Assembly: GCF_009914755.1 (NCBI RefSeq)
Contig: NC_060938.1
Reading direction: 5' to 3' (one strand)
DNA length: 64,000 nucleotides
From: the human T2T-CHM13v2.0 reference genome, Homo sapiens
Made by a program: the position numbers and the translations under genes. A model generated the notes under the pieces. That model made no database searches, had not been told where the DNA came from, and worked only from the letters and a program-made list of their open reading frames with translations. This document shows positions 1-11,370 of this stretch, piece by piece; position 1 is the first letter of the stretch, and each line of letters opens with the position of its first letter.

Positions 1-1764
1 CTCTGGGGGCGGAGGAGTGCCTGCCTGCAGGGACAGGGTAGGACGGGGGACAGGGGAAGGGTATCCACGTCTGCAGCCAGGCCAGCACAACAAGGCCTTG
101 TTTCTCCTCCACTGCAAAAAGACTGGATGCTTCACTGTTTTGTACTTCATTTCCTTTGAGCTGCTGCCCTCTCTCCTCCTCTGCCAAGTGCATGAGTTTG
201 GCAGGGAGGTTGGCAAGCATTTCACAAGACGGTAAAGGTTAAGGTACAGTGGAGGTTGTTTAGTGCAGAATTGTAAATATTTGTTAAAAGGTTTGTGGAG
301 CTGCTTCTTTTGATACCTCTAATCCACCGAGACAGAAATAACTTCAAAGCCATGCCTAGTCTGACTTGGTCCTCAACCAAAGGAAAAAATCAGCTACTGC
401 TAAAATATGTTTTCACTCACAGCCAGGCAGCCTGCCTTAGCAGGCGTCCTGAAGGATGAATCATAGTTTAATTGTCTTTGGGCACTTGCACATCTGCTTA
501 GGATCGTCAACAGGGCAGGAGCTGAGCTGCATGAATAAATGTGAAGAAGCCTTTAGTTTACACGGTTCCATGCTGTCAACAGCAGAACGAGAAGTCCGTT
601 CAGAAGGATGGGCTGAGCCAGCTCGCCTGCCCACACAGAAGGAAGGCTTCCCAGTGTGCTACTTGGAATGTAGGGAGAACAGCATTTCTCTACAATTTGG
701 GGCTTCTCCAGGGATTTCAGAGTAAGGATTTCCAAATCATCTCATGAGACCTGAGTATCTGAGTTCTTAGGTGGAAAACAGGAGAGGGAATTGGAAGTTA
801 TTGCACAATTGCAGGTGGGTTTTAAGAATTTTGGTAGTTTTAAAAATTACTACAAACTTCTGTGGACAATTACTGTTGAATCCAATTCCTTTATTTTCTT
901 CCATTTCCAAAGTATACTCTTATTTTTATCTCATAGGATTTCATTTGTTCCCCAAAGCAATAAAGAACAGACAAGAGTGAGTAGTATTCTGGGTGTCATC
1001 TATAGGGAGAAAATTGGTTACATAAACTTGATTTAACAGTTGAAGAGGCTTTAGAACTTTGCAAGGCCTCTGGACTGAGGTTGGCTTATTTCTCAGTCAA
1101 TGCTTCGTGGCTTTGAGGTTGAGATTTGAGGCCTGACCACAGTCTTCCTACTACTCTTAACTAGAAGTTTGTAGTATGCATTTTCATGCAAGCAAGAGCT
1201 GACTCTACTGCATAAAGTGAAAATTGTTGGTTACATCCAAACCCTTGGATCATTTTTCTGATAGATAATGGGCCTTACCTGCTCACTGCAAGAATTCCTA
1301 CAGCAGTGGGTCACGGCTTGCCACATTTTAGAATCAGAGAGCAGTAAAGAGGCAGGAATGCCTTTGCCTGCCACCAGAACTTCCAATTCTATTGGTCTGG
1401 GATGGCTCACAGGCAGGAAATAATGTTTAATGCTCCCACGTGATTCTATTGTAAAGCTAGGGTTGAGGATCTGTGTTCTGTGTTAGGTGACTGCCCAGAG
1501 CAGAGAGATAAAACAACGCCCCATCCTCTCCATATTTTCTGATTTGTTTCCTATTTTGGCAAAGAGTGAAGATGGCAGAGGAGAGAAAATATTGTCATGA
1601 TCTGTGGCCTGAGAGTTCATTTTTTTCCCCAAACAATAATTTTGGGGAAAAAAATTTCCCCCAAAAATAATTTTGTGTGCCTGTTCCTAGCCCTATGAAG
1701 ATAACAAAAAAATACAAAAATTAATAAGGAAGCAGTGTTTGCTGAGTGAAATAAGTCGGGGCAT

Positions 1765-1962
1765 TTAGAGACCTGGGTTAAGAATCTTGACTCTTAAACT
1801 CTCAAACTTTGTGATATAGGGCCAGGAATTTGACTTTTCTTCAACCTTGGTTTATTCCTCTTATAAAAAGTGAATAATGATGTATATCTCGTAGTGTTAT
1901 TATGAGAGTTAAAATGATGATAAATATAACATCTAGCACCTATGCACTCAATAACAACTATT
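1765..1962 (+). mobile_element. MIR SINE, degenerate
   Basis: MIR-like core (gacctgggtt...ttcctcttataaaaagtgaataatgatgtatatctcgtagtgttattatgagagttaaa...gcactcaataa). Confidence 0.6.
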
Positions 1963-2058
1963 CTAATATGGTTGAGTTGGCAACAAAAACTGTTACTGAG
2001 AATCCATGAAATTTTATTAAGAAGTGAATTTTATGGTTCAGTAATAATTTCCAAAATA

Positions 2059-2180
2059 ATTCATTCAGTAATTTATTTACAAAATCTTTATTGAGTCAGT
2101 ATTATGTACTAGCAAATGTGCTGGGGATATGGGACCAGGCACAGTCTCTAGACTGATGGGGCTTACAGTCTAGTGGGTAA
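2059..2180 (-). mobile_element. L2 LINE 3' end fragment
   Basis: ttcattca...tttattgag...gcttacagtctagtggg, the reverse complement of a typical L2 3' terminus. Confidence 0.6.
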
Positions 2181-2319
2181 GTTAGAATAGAGAAGAAGGA
2201 AAGGGAAATAATGGTGTCAAGACTTTTACCTGAAAAGGTTGAATTCTTTTCTATTTGACTAAGAAACGCATCTACTGAGAACACCTATTTTGTAGGCAAG
2301 CTGAACGGTTAGATACCCA

Positions 2320-2790
2320 AGTTATGTTATTACTGTGTAACTAACCATCCCAAAACTTAGTGGCTTATAACAAACATTTTGCATTATCTCTCATGGTTCT
2401 AGGGGTTGATGGGGACTCACTCAGCTGGGCTGTCCTCAGGATTTCTCACACACTTGCAGGCAAGTGGTGGCTGGGGCTAGAGTCATTGGAAGTCTCTGCT
2501 GGGTTCACTGACATGGCTTGCATGTGCTGCTTGCTGCTGGCTGGGAGCATGGGTGGGGCTGTCAACCAAGATGCCCGCATGAATCTTGGGCTTCTCACAA
2601 CACAATGAGTGTTCCAAGAATGGGCGCATTCAGAGAGACCTAGGTGGAAGCATCATGGATTATTATGACCTTCAGCTTTGGAAACCACAGCATCTCACTT
2701 CTATCACTTAACACATTAACAGATGGCCCCAGATTGAAGGGGTAAGGGATACCCAGGGCATGGATTCAAAGAGGGGTAGTTCACTGGGGA
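2320..2790 (-). mobile_element. MLT1-family MaLR LTR
   Basis: tgtgtaactaaccatcccaaaacttagtggcttataacaa...ctcatggttct...ggctggggct...tcacttctatcac is characteristic of an antisense MLT1 LTR. Confidence 0.7.
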
Positions 2791-3334
2791 GGGAGCGGTA
2801 GGTATCCTTGGATCTGTGGAGATGAGCTACCACAGAAATCCTGCAGATAGCTGGAATAGTGGCTGTGGAGTAGGGATGAGTGATTGTGAGACAGGATTCA
2901 GATTTGGAAGACATCAGGGTAGAGGTTACAGTTAGAGCAAATGGAAGACCAGTTTTAGAGGAGTGGAGACTCTTAAAGTTATTCAATGGAAGAAAAAACT
3001 GAACCAAAAATAGGTCTCGTAGGGGAAGAATGAAGAAAGTCTAAACTCAGGGGTGTTAATGTAGGGAAGTGTTTCATCAAGAAGCATGCTATCAAATTTA
3101 AATATCTCAGAGTCTGAGAAGAAAGAGATCTAGAAATGTATGTGATTTAACAAAAAGGAGATCAATGAGTCAGAGCATAGTATAATATGTGCTAGGAGTT
3201 TGAGTTTATAGTATAAGATTATGAGTTAGATTGTTCCAGAAGGACTTCATGAATGGAAGGAGGCCTTAGCTGGCATTTGAAGGGTGTATCTGGGAATACA
3301 TCCCGGAAAATACATTGTGGTTGTGTGTTTGGGC

Positions 3335-3680
3335 TGGTTGCATAGGGAGCCAACCGTTCACCAAACCCGTCCTCATCTTGCTGGATATCCCACTGGACTA
3401 CATTAGATGTTATATGACTCTGAGCTCTGATATGTGCCTATAACAACCGTCCACGTGTGATTCTCCATGTTCTCTCTCCTTTTGAAGTGACCCTAGAAGT
3501 CATATGTTAAGGATGGCAGAGCTGAAAGATGGAAGAATCCTGAATCCCTGAACCACCCATTGTAGGAGAGCCACCTGCCAAGTAGGAACACCTGTTTTGG
3601 GTTTTAAGTAAGCAATAAATAAACTTTTGTATTAAGCCACTGACAGTTTGGTTAATCTGTTCCAATGACTAGCAATAGCT
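3335..3680 (+). mobile_element. MLT1J-like MaLR LTR
   Basis: gatggcagagctgaaagatggaagaatcctgaatccctgaaccac...aataaacttttgtattaagccactga. Confidence 0.7.
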
Positions 3681-3829
3681 AGAAGTGACAGACTCCTTTA
3701 AAGGGCAAGAAACAGACTGATGAGGCTAGGGAGGAGGGCTGGGAATGGGAATAATTGGAGAAAAAATGGAAAAAGTTGGTGGTGGCCAGATTATGGAGGA
3801 CTTCTTACAACATTACCTCTTACATTTGT

Positions 3830-4020
3830 ATTTTCAAATTTGAAAAACATGTCATATTATCTTTTTCTTACATAGCCTTATGAGGCAGATATTAATATTA
3901 CATTTTAAAGATGATGAAATTTAGGCTTAAAGCCAGTGATTGTATCCTAAAGTTATGCAAGCACAGAGCTAAGGTTTGAATGTGGGTTGACAGAGTTGGA
4001 GGCTACTACTCTCTCCAGTA
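3830..4020 (-). mobile_element. MIR SINE
   Basis: ccttatgaggcagatattaatattacattttaaagatgatgaaatttaggctt matches the antisense MIR core. Confidence 0.55.
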
Positions 4021-5299
4021 AATGACAACTAACTCGTATGGCCAATTGAAAGTTGGAAAGTACTACAAACAGTCTATGTGTTCAAGGCAGAGTCTAAGGA
4101 TTATTATTTTGGTAGCAGCTTTTAGGATGAATGAGCACTGATTCTAATTAATGGGCTTTGGAGGCAGCAAGGAGCAAAGTGATAAGCTTGAATTAAGGTG
4201 GTGGCAGATGAGAAGGAAAGGAAGGGTCAAAGTAAAGTTTTATGAAGAAAAAATTTACAGGGACTGGATCCTGGGTGTGAGATACAAGAGTGAGGCAGGA
4301 TTAGATGCTACCTACTGTTAAGGTTCAAGTATGTCTGGGCATGTTTAGCAAAATGGTAGGGAAGGCCCCAGAAGAGTTAATTTGCATGGGGACTTCATTT
4401 ATCTTGAAAAGAGGACTTTTGTACCTGTCTGGGGGAATGGAAGAGAGGTGCTTATTCAATTCCCAGGGCCCTGGTCTAGATCTGAGACAGGCAGAGAGAG
4501 GCACAGAAGGCAAAAGCAGATGAAAATGGTTTCATAAAAGATTTTGTGAAATGTGGGGCAAAAGACTGTTTCGGAGCTCAAGGAACAAACATGTTATGAC
4601 ATGGTGCTGGAATAACAGGCCCTCTAGCCTTTTTCTCATAGGACCTGCATGGCTCTGACCCAATGCGCCTTGAAGGGGATGTGCATTTTTTTTTGGAATC
4701 GAGTGCACTCTGCACATTTGGGAGCCTGGGGATAGCACAGGGGCAAGAATGGCATTTGGGAATTGTATCCCCTCAGAAGGTGCCAGTGGGGCAGCAGCAC
4801 CTGTGCTCCTATGGAGTAAGCAGGCAAGGGCTTCTCATCTGCATAAGTGGGACACTCACAGGGGGCTCAGGAACACCTGGTTGGGGTGAGGGGCCTTGCA
4901 GCACGTGGGGACAATGGGTGAGCAAAATTTGAATTATTGCTATTGATGTAGTTATTTGCCTCTAACAATTGGTGAGCCCTGGGGAAATTCTGGATCCCAC
5001 TGGGACCCATGCTGAGAATATTAATGTATAATTTAATGAGGAGACACCTTCCACACACAAGATGGGATCATTTAAGGATTGAGACCTGAACAACAAAAAC
5101 CGGCTTATTTATACAAATGTAACCTAATCCTAACCCTTTTTAAGCTTCTTATTGTGCTCTTTTACTTGATGGGACTTGGTCTGGCAGCATCCTTGGTGTT
5201 TAAGAGGTTATATTTTCAGAAAAAAAGAATTTTTTTTTTACTTGAATGTTTCAAAATGCTTTCATGGTATGTGAAGAAAGCCACTTGATTAAAGTGTCT

Positions 5300-5985
5300 G
5301 TAGTTTACATTAAATCCCTTCTTTCCAAAGAATGTAAAGTTCTGGCACAAACTAAAAGGGTTAAACTACACCTGGCCCTTTCACTGTGTCATTGCGAATA
5401 TTGTGAGTAAAGTCCAAAATATGAGTCTTCATGTGAATATTTGGTAATTTCTCCCTGTCCCGCCCCTGCACCCGGCACCCCGCCCCATGCATCTCACGCT
5501 GTAAATATGTTACTCATTTATCAAGTACTGTGTGGTGGGCAAGCAAATTGGCACTTTTGACACCCCCTCCAGTAGTAGAGGGAGAAAACCTGTAGAGACT
5601 AAACCTTTGCTCATTCATCTGTTCATTGTACCACCCTTCTCTTACAAAACCCACTAACTAGAAGCCTCCTGGTATTGGTTCTGCGTCTGTTTGCTCCTTC
5701 TTCCGTGTTTTTGAGATGCAGAGCTGCCTGTTTAAACACACAAAACCCATCCACACGTTGAGTTTAGATGAGACCATCCTAAGCCACAGGCTATTATTTT
5801 TCCTGCTTTGAGTATCACTACCTCACTCGCATTTGTTATCCTTAAAGAAATGGCTCCCAAGGGCGAGGGAGCAGCACTGTATCTTCCTTCCCCCCTTCTC
5901 AGCAGCCCTGCTTATTTGATAGATTGCTCCATTAAAACAAATCTATTTACTTAAAGACGGACTGCCAGACTTCCATAAACACTTG
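5300..5985. promoter_or_regulatory. Candidate enhancer (forkhead/HNF4/bZIP/GC-box motif cluster)
   Basis: Unique sequence with TGTAAATA, TGTTTAAACA, TATTTACTTA, ATAAACA, TAAAGTCCA, TGAGTAA and CCCCGCCCC; motif match only. Confidence 0.3.
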
Positions 5986-6330
5986 TGAGAGAAAGACAGT
6001 CCGGTTCGTTGTTCTCTGCCCAGCCATTATCCACGGTGTTTCAAGCCTTCTGTATTTTGGCCTGGAGGACAGAGACTTGGAGGTCGGTGTGGCCACATTT
6101 TCTGCAGGAGCTGTTTCTGGCACTCCGGGTGTTGCTCATTCCCTTAGCTGCAGCAGGGGAGCCAGTGTCACTTGTAGGCAAGAATACAAAGCAAACTGAA
6201 ATGCTAAAGAAATAAGTTGGCAGAGCTTGTTCCACAGGCCCAATCCAACAACAACCTAGTAACCATTTAACTTTTGCCCATTTGTTTTATTTGTTGCATC
6301 ATATGCTTTAAGGCAAAGTTAGCACAAACA

Positions 6331-6475
6331 ACTCATTCATCCAGTATTTATTGAATGTCTATGATGTGCCAGGTACATCATAGGCATTGAGGCAATGAGG
6401 ATATAGCATCGAACTAAATCAGACAATAATCACTGCTCTTCTGAAGCAAACATTCTAGTGGGAAAAGAAAACAAT
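6331..6475 (-). mobile_element. L2 3' end fragment
   Basis: actcattcatccagtatttattgaatgtctatgatgtgccagg...cattctagtggg. Confidence 0.7.
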
Positions 6476-6619
6476 TATTAATATTGTATATTAAGTGAAA
6501 ATTATGCAGTTAAACATAAAATTATAGGGCTTCACGTATTTCATAAATCTATTTGAAATAACATACAGTGTCATATCACTTTACAGTTTGTAAATAGTTT
6601 TTTATATATCAGGTGAAAT

Positions 6620-6775
6620 GAAGGAGGTACTTTCATATGTTTCAACTTTGTTATCATTTCAGTAGCTCTGTGAGGTGGGCATTGTTTACCTTGTTTACTA
6701 ATGGTGAAGCTAAGCTCAGAGTTGGTTGTATAAGCCCAGCTTTGCAGAGTCACCTCAAGCTCAGACACTCTGCCA
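6620..6775 (-). mobile_element. MIR SINE
   Basis: ctctgtgaggtgggcattgtttaccttgtttactaatggtgaagctaagctcagag. Confidence 0.55.
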
Positions 6776-6999
6776 GAGCAACTAGAACAAAACCTCAAAC
6801 CATGGGTCCAATGAGCTGTATGTTTTTGAAATAATACTGGTAAAAATGTAAAGACTTTTACAAGGTTAATAGCGGTCTGACAGTCATGTGGAGGGAGACT
6901 CAAGGAGATTCATAAATTATGCTACTGTCACTTGCATCCGTCCATACTTTGCCTCTTAGGGTGTTACATACTCAAGAAATCTCCGGGAGGGGTGTGTGG

Positions 7000-9030
7000 T
7001 ACAAGCAGTGGGAAACTAAGCGCCACACTCTGCTGCTTTGCAGTGAGATGCTGGAAAAAGACTACTGCATTTAGAGTTTCCATACCTGAGTCTCAGTTGA
7101 ATCTGTGATGTGGGCTGGAGATTCCAATTATTGGGAATGTATCTGGGGCATTCTGGGGCCCATGAACTCCAGAAACAAAAAACCCCAAACTCCCTTCAGA
7201 GGCAAAGTCCTGCACTGAGGAGAAACTGCTGGGAATAGAATCCAACCTGACAATAGGAATAACAACACCAACAGAATGAGAAATTCCGGTGAGAATGGGA
7301 GAGGGAGCAGAGAAGGAACATCTCAGAAAGCCAGGATGTATTTATCTCCTTAAAAACAACAAAAGAGGTAATTCTAGAGCTATGGGCCTAGAAAAGTGAT
7401 CTAGACACATCCTTCTCTCCTAAAAGTGGAGAAAAACTCATCTTTCTGAAAAATGAGCAACAGAAAAAGGATCGTGGGTGAATCGCATACAAAGTTATGC
7501 AAAAAGGAAAATAAAAAGCAGAAAATGTCTCTATTCAATGAAGAATTTAGAGAAATATGCCGAAATAGAAGACAATTATAACCAGATGTTTCAAAATAAG
7601 CTAAAAAATTTAAGAAAGTGATAGAAACTATGAAAGAACAACAGAAATAAGAATTAGAAAAAACTCGGAAATGAGAATTGGGCAAAAGGATCATTTCAAT
7701 GACAACAGAATTTATAAAAAAAAAAAAACTTTTTAAAAAATTAGAAACGATAAAACTGGGAAGAAAGTAAAAGTTAATTAACACAATGAATATTGTCTTA
7801 AGAGAAATAGAAGAGGGAAAAAGAAAAAAATTTTAAAAATCAAGAAATGAAGGAAAGAAAGTGTTTGAGAGAAAGTGATACATAAAAGAACAAAGAACAT
7901 CCAATATACATGCTATAGGAACCCCCAAAGGAGAAAAGCAAATAAATGAAGCACAAGAAATACTAAAATCTGTAATATGAGGAAACTTTCCTGAAATAAA
8001 AAAATGAAGTCAGGTCTCATATTAAAAGGAATGACTTGGGAAAACTGTTCCCCAGAAAACCAACACCAAGACATATTCTAGTAAACATTGGACCTAAAAG
8101 AGACAGAGAAAAAAGACACTTTGGGTATCCAGGCAAGAGGACAATTCACGTGTTAGGGAAAATAAATAAAATTTTCATCAGACCATCCAAGAGCAGTATG
8201 TTAGCCCGAGAACAACAGAATAATAATTACAATACTTAAGAAAATGTCAGCTAAGGAGTTTATATCCAGCCAAACTTACCTTCACATACACAGTTCAGAC
8301 ATGCTTTATGACCATGCCCAAACTTAGGAAGTGGCAATCCTATGAGTTCTTCCTGAGAAATCTACAAGAGCCTGTGACTTAGACAACCCTGATTACTGTC
8401 AAGGTGTTGGTGGAAGGGCTGGTGGGCCTTGCTGGTGGAAATGCTCCACTAAAAGGAGGAAGCAAACTAGGAGAAGGAAGGATGGTATTCAGGATGTATG
8501 GGATCCAATGCAAAACAGGTGAAAGCAAGAATAATCTGAAAGATGCCTCTATAGAAAACTGTCTTCAATAGAAGCATGTTGGAGGGTATGGGAAACTTAG
8601 TCAGATGTTTAAACAAAGCATATGAAAAAAATAAGACAATTATTAATTCCAGGACAGACAAAAAGTTGTATAAGAAATTAAATATAATCATAGTATATTA
8701 CCTGACTTAATGAATAATATGTACATAGTCAAAATACAGAAACTGAATATAGATATGACTCCAGATATATTAATAAGACAAATTATGTTTAGAGAATATT
8801 GAAGGGGAAAAGATAGTATAATTGAACTGTTATCCTAATCCACTGTAGTAAAAATCAATAGCTAATGAATCAAGTAATAGGATTATATTGTATATATTAT
8901 TCAGGAATATGGAGGCAAAAAATGGAGGAAAAACAGTAAAAGAGTTTGAAGACATTGTTTCTGGGGGAAAAAGATAAGGAATGTAAGAGGGATAAGGGAC
9001 TGTTGTTTTGGTTATAAGACTTTTAGTCCA
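7000..9030 (+). mobile_element. Ancient L1M (ORF1 region plus 3' fragments), degenerate
   Basis: A-rich sense strand with ORF1 hallmarks gaaaactttcctgaaat, ccaacaccaagacatattctagtaaa and tttatatccagccaaactt. Confidence 0.6.
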
Positions 9031-9036
9031 ATCTGA

Positions 9037-9324
9037 TTTTTTTAGACAGGGTCTAGCTCTGTCGCCCAGGCTGGAGTGCAGTGGCATGATCTTGGCTCAC
9101 TGCAACCCCCGCCTCCCGGGTTCAAGTGATTCTCCTGCCTCAGCCTCCTGAGTAGCTGGGATTACAGGCACACACCACCACGCCTGGCTAATTTTTGTAC
9201 TTTTAGTAGAGATGTGGTTTCACCATGTTGGCCAGGCTGGTCTCAAATTTCTGGCCTCAAGTGATCCACCCGCCTCGTCCTCCCAAAGTGCTGTTATTAC
9301 GGGCGTGAGCCACCGCACCGGGCC
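9037..9324 (-). mobile_element. AluS (Sx-like)
   Basis: Full dimeric Alu in antisense with a short T tail; degraded TSD ccaatctgattttt / cctatctgactttt. Confidence 0.93.
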
Positions 9325-9876
9325 CCTCCCTATCTGACTTTTTGTCCGAAGTGCACGTATTCTTTGATAACAAATGAAAATGATAATTAAAATAGAAAAG
9401 CCTCCACTGAGCCCTGACTTTCAGACAAAACCAACTCCCTGCCCATCACATTCCCAAAGGCCTCACCCTGGCAGGTGACCAGCCGTCTCTCCATGGTCTC
9501 TTCCAGATTCCTCGAGGTCTGAACAAGAACCACTGACGCAGAACGTGAAAACTAGAAGCGTTCATTAGCGACCACCCTTTGTTTGACTGATGAGGAAATC
9601 AAGGCTGATGGTGAGTGGCTGGCCCCAATGTACTGCTCTCTTGTTGTGTTTGACTTAGATCTTTGGTCTCCTGCCCGGGATTGGTGTTCTTTCTGCTGTC
9701 ACAAAGTGCTCCCTCCAGTGAGTGTATTCGATCCATGTGAACATCTCCCTTCAGGCCGCTGGTGGTCTCAGCGCCTGCTTTTCCCCTGTCCTCTTAGGCA
9801 TGCTCTGATTTGAACTATTTTGGAGCTGCCTTTGGGCTGAGTTTGGCCGGATCCAGTGCACTTTAACCTGCCCTCT

Positions 9877-9894
9877 GCTGCCCTCTGCTGGCGA
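9877..9894 (-). promoter_or_regulatory. CTCF motif
   Basis: Minus strand reads TCGCCAGCAGAGGGCAGC, a close match to the CTCF core CCASYAGRKGGCRS, in a locally CpG-rich stretch. Confidence 0.6.
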
Positions 9895-10021
9895 CATCTG
9901 GGCTTTGCTGTTCACCCTTTTGGGCGTGGCCCCACCACTTCCTTTCTGTGAAGAACATTCTTTGCGTCTGGGCATGATTGTGCCCTCTGACCTGTGCCAA
10001 TCCATGTTGACTAGTCCCGTC

Positions 10022-10148
10022 TGTTACCTGGGAGCTTGTTAGGAATGCAGAACCCTAGGCCCCACTCTATATTTATTGAATCAGAATCTGCATTTTAACT
10101 AGATCCCAAGTGATTCATATGCACATTAAAGTTTGAGAAGCACTGTTC
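10022..10148. mobile_element. MER5A (hAT-Charlie) partial
   Basis: acctgggagcttgttaggaatgcagaa...gaatcagaatctgcattttaac...taaagtttgagaagcactg. Confidence 0.8.
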
Positions 10149-10526
10149 TGGGTCAAACTCAGCTACATTCAGGAAACAGTCGAGATCAATCTTTTCTACT
10201 CAGTAATTATCTTGGACCACTCTAATACCTGTTCCAGTTCTGTCACTTGGTAATGATGATTTCTGGTCCAGATGCTTTTTTCTGCCTGGACGGCTGTCTG
10301 CAATAACAGAGAACAGGAAGTGCCATACTTGGAATTCTAAATTTTAAAAATCCACTAAATTAAAAGCTGAGATGGCAGGAAGGCATAGCACGTGTATTGT
10401 GCTACAATATTTCAATCCTCCTGCATCTTTTCCCCTTTACCTCCCACAATTAATAGGAATGTCATTTTGGCTTTGAAGATAGACTAAACTTATCCTATAA
10501 GTTTAAAAAAGATCTATTTTGGTTTT

Positions 10527-10733
10527 GGAGGGTCTTATTTTGTTGTGACATGGTCTTGCTCTGTCACCCAGGCATGTGCCACCACATCCAGATAAATTTT
10601 AAATTTTTAGTAGAGATGTGGTCTCCTCTCCCAATGTTGCTCAGGCTGACCTTGAACCCCTGCGCTCAAGTGATCCTCCCGCTTCAGCCTCCCAAAGTGT
10701 TGGGATTCCAGGCATGAGCCACAGCACCCAGTC
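10527..10733 (-). mobile_element. AluJ with internal deletion in the right arm
   Basis: gtcttgctctgtcacccaggc joined directly to atgtgccaccac; J-type ctcaagtgatcctccc; TSD-like tctattttg on both sides. Confidence 0.85.
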
Positions 10734-10871
10734 TCTATTTTGTTTATAAATTATAAAATCTTTTTATATAACTGCACTGGGTATTTGGGAGACATTAGTC
10801 TGCAGGGTTTTCAGAATGCTAGAAACACAACATGTTACTTAATGAAGTATTCCCCCATGTTCTCTTGCACA

Positions 10872-11370
10872 ACTTCATTCATTCTCAGGCATTTGACTGT
10901 CAAAGGTTTACTAAACACCCACCATAGACCAGACATGTGTTTGGTTCTGAGAATTCAGGGTAGACGTGGTTCCTACTTTCATTGATATTCCAGTCTAATG
11001 TGTAAGACAGCGATTAAGCAAATTATGATTTCATAACAACTGTATCAAGAGAAACTGATGAAAGTTTAAATTGGCTTCCATGAAAAAATGACATTTAAAT
11101 GGAGACTTAAAGGATATTGGAGTTGGTGAGGGGTGAGTAGGAAAGAGCAATTTAAGTCAAGAAAGTCCTGAGAGGAGCAGGAGCTGAGTGGGAGCACCAG
11201 AAAAAGGAGTGTGGCCGAGCGCAAGCTGGAGACAGTCTGTGAGGGACATTGAGGCCAAATGGGGCAGGGTTTAGTGGCACCTGGAAGTTAGCTGGTGGTT
11301 GATCTTATTGTAAGAACAATGGGAGCCACTGGAGAGTTAAACACAGGGAAAATGATGTGATAGAATTTTT
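10872..11370 (-). mobile_element. L2 LINE fragment
   Basis: ttcattcatt...tttactaaacacc...cagtctaatg...aatgggagccactggagagttaa. Confidence 0.6.

Noticed and set aside
9507-9717. Possible exon between tcttccag and GTGAGT
   Set aside because: Overlaps a MIR-like fragment, has no coding signal and a weak donor context; not distinguishable from chance.
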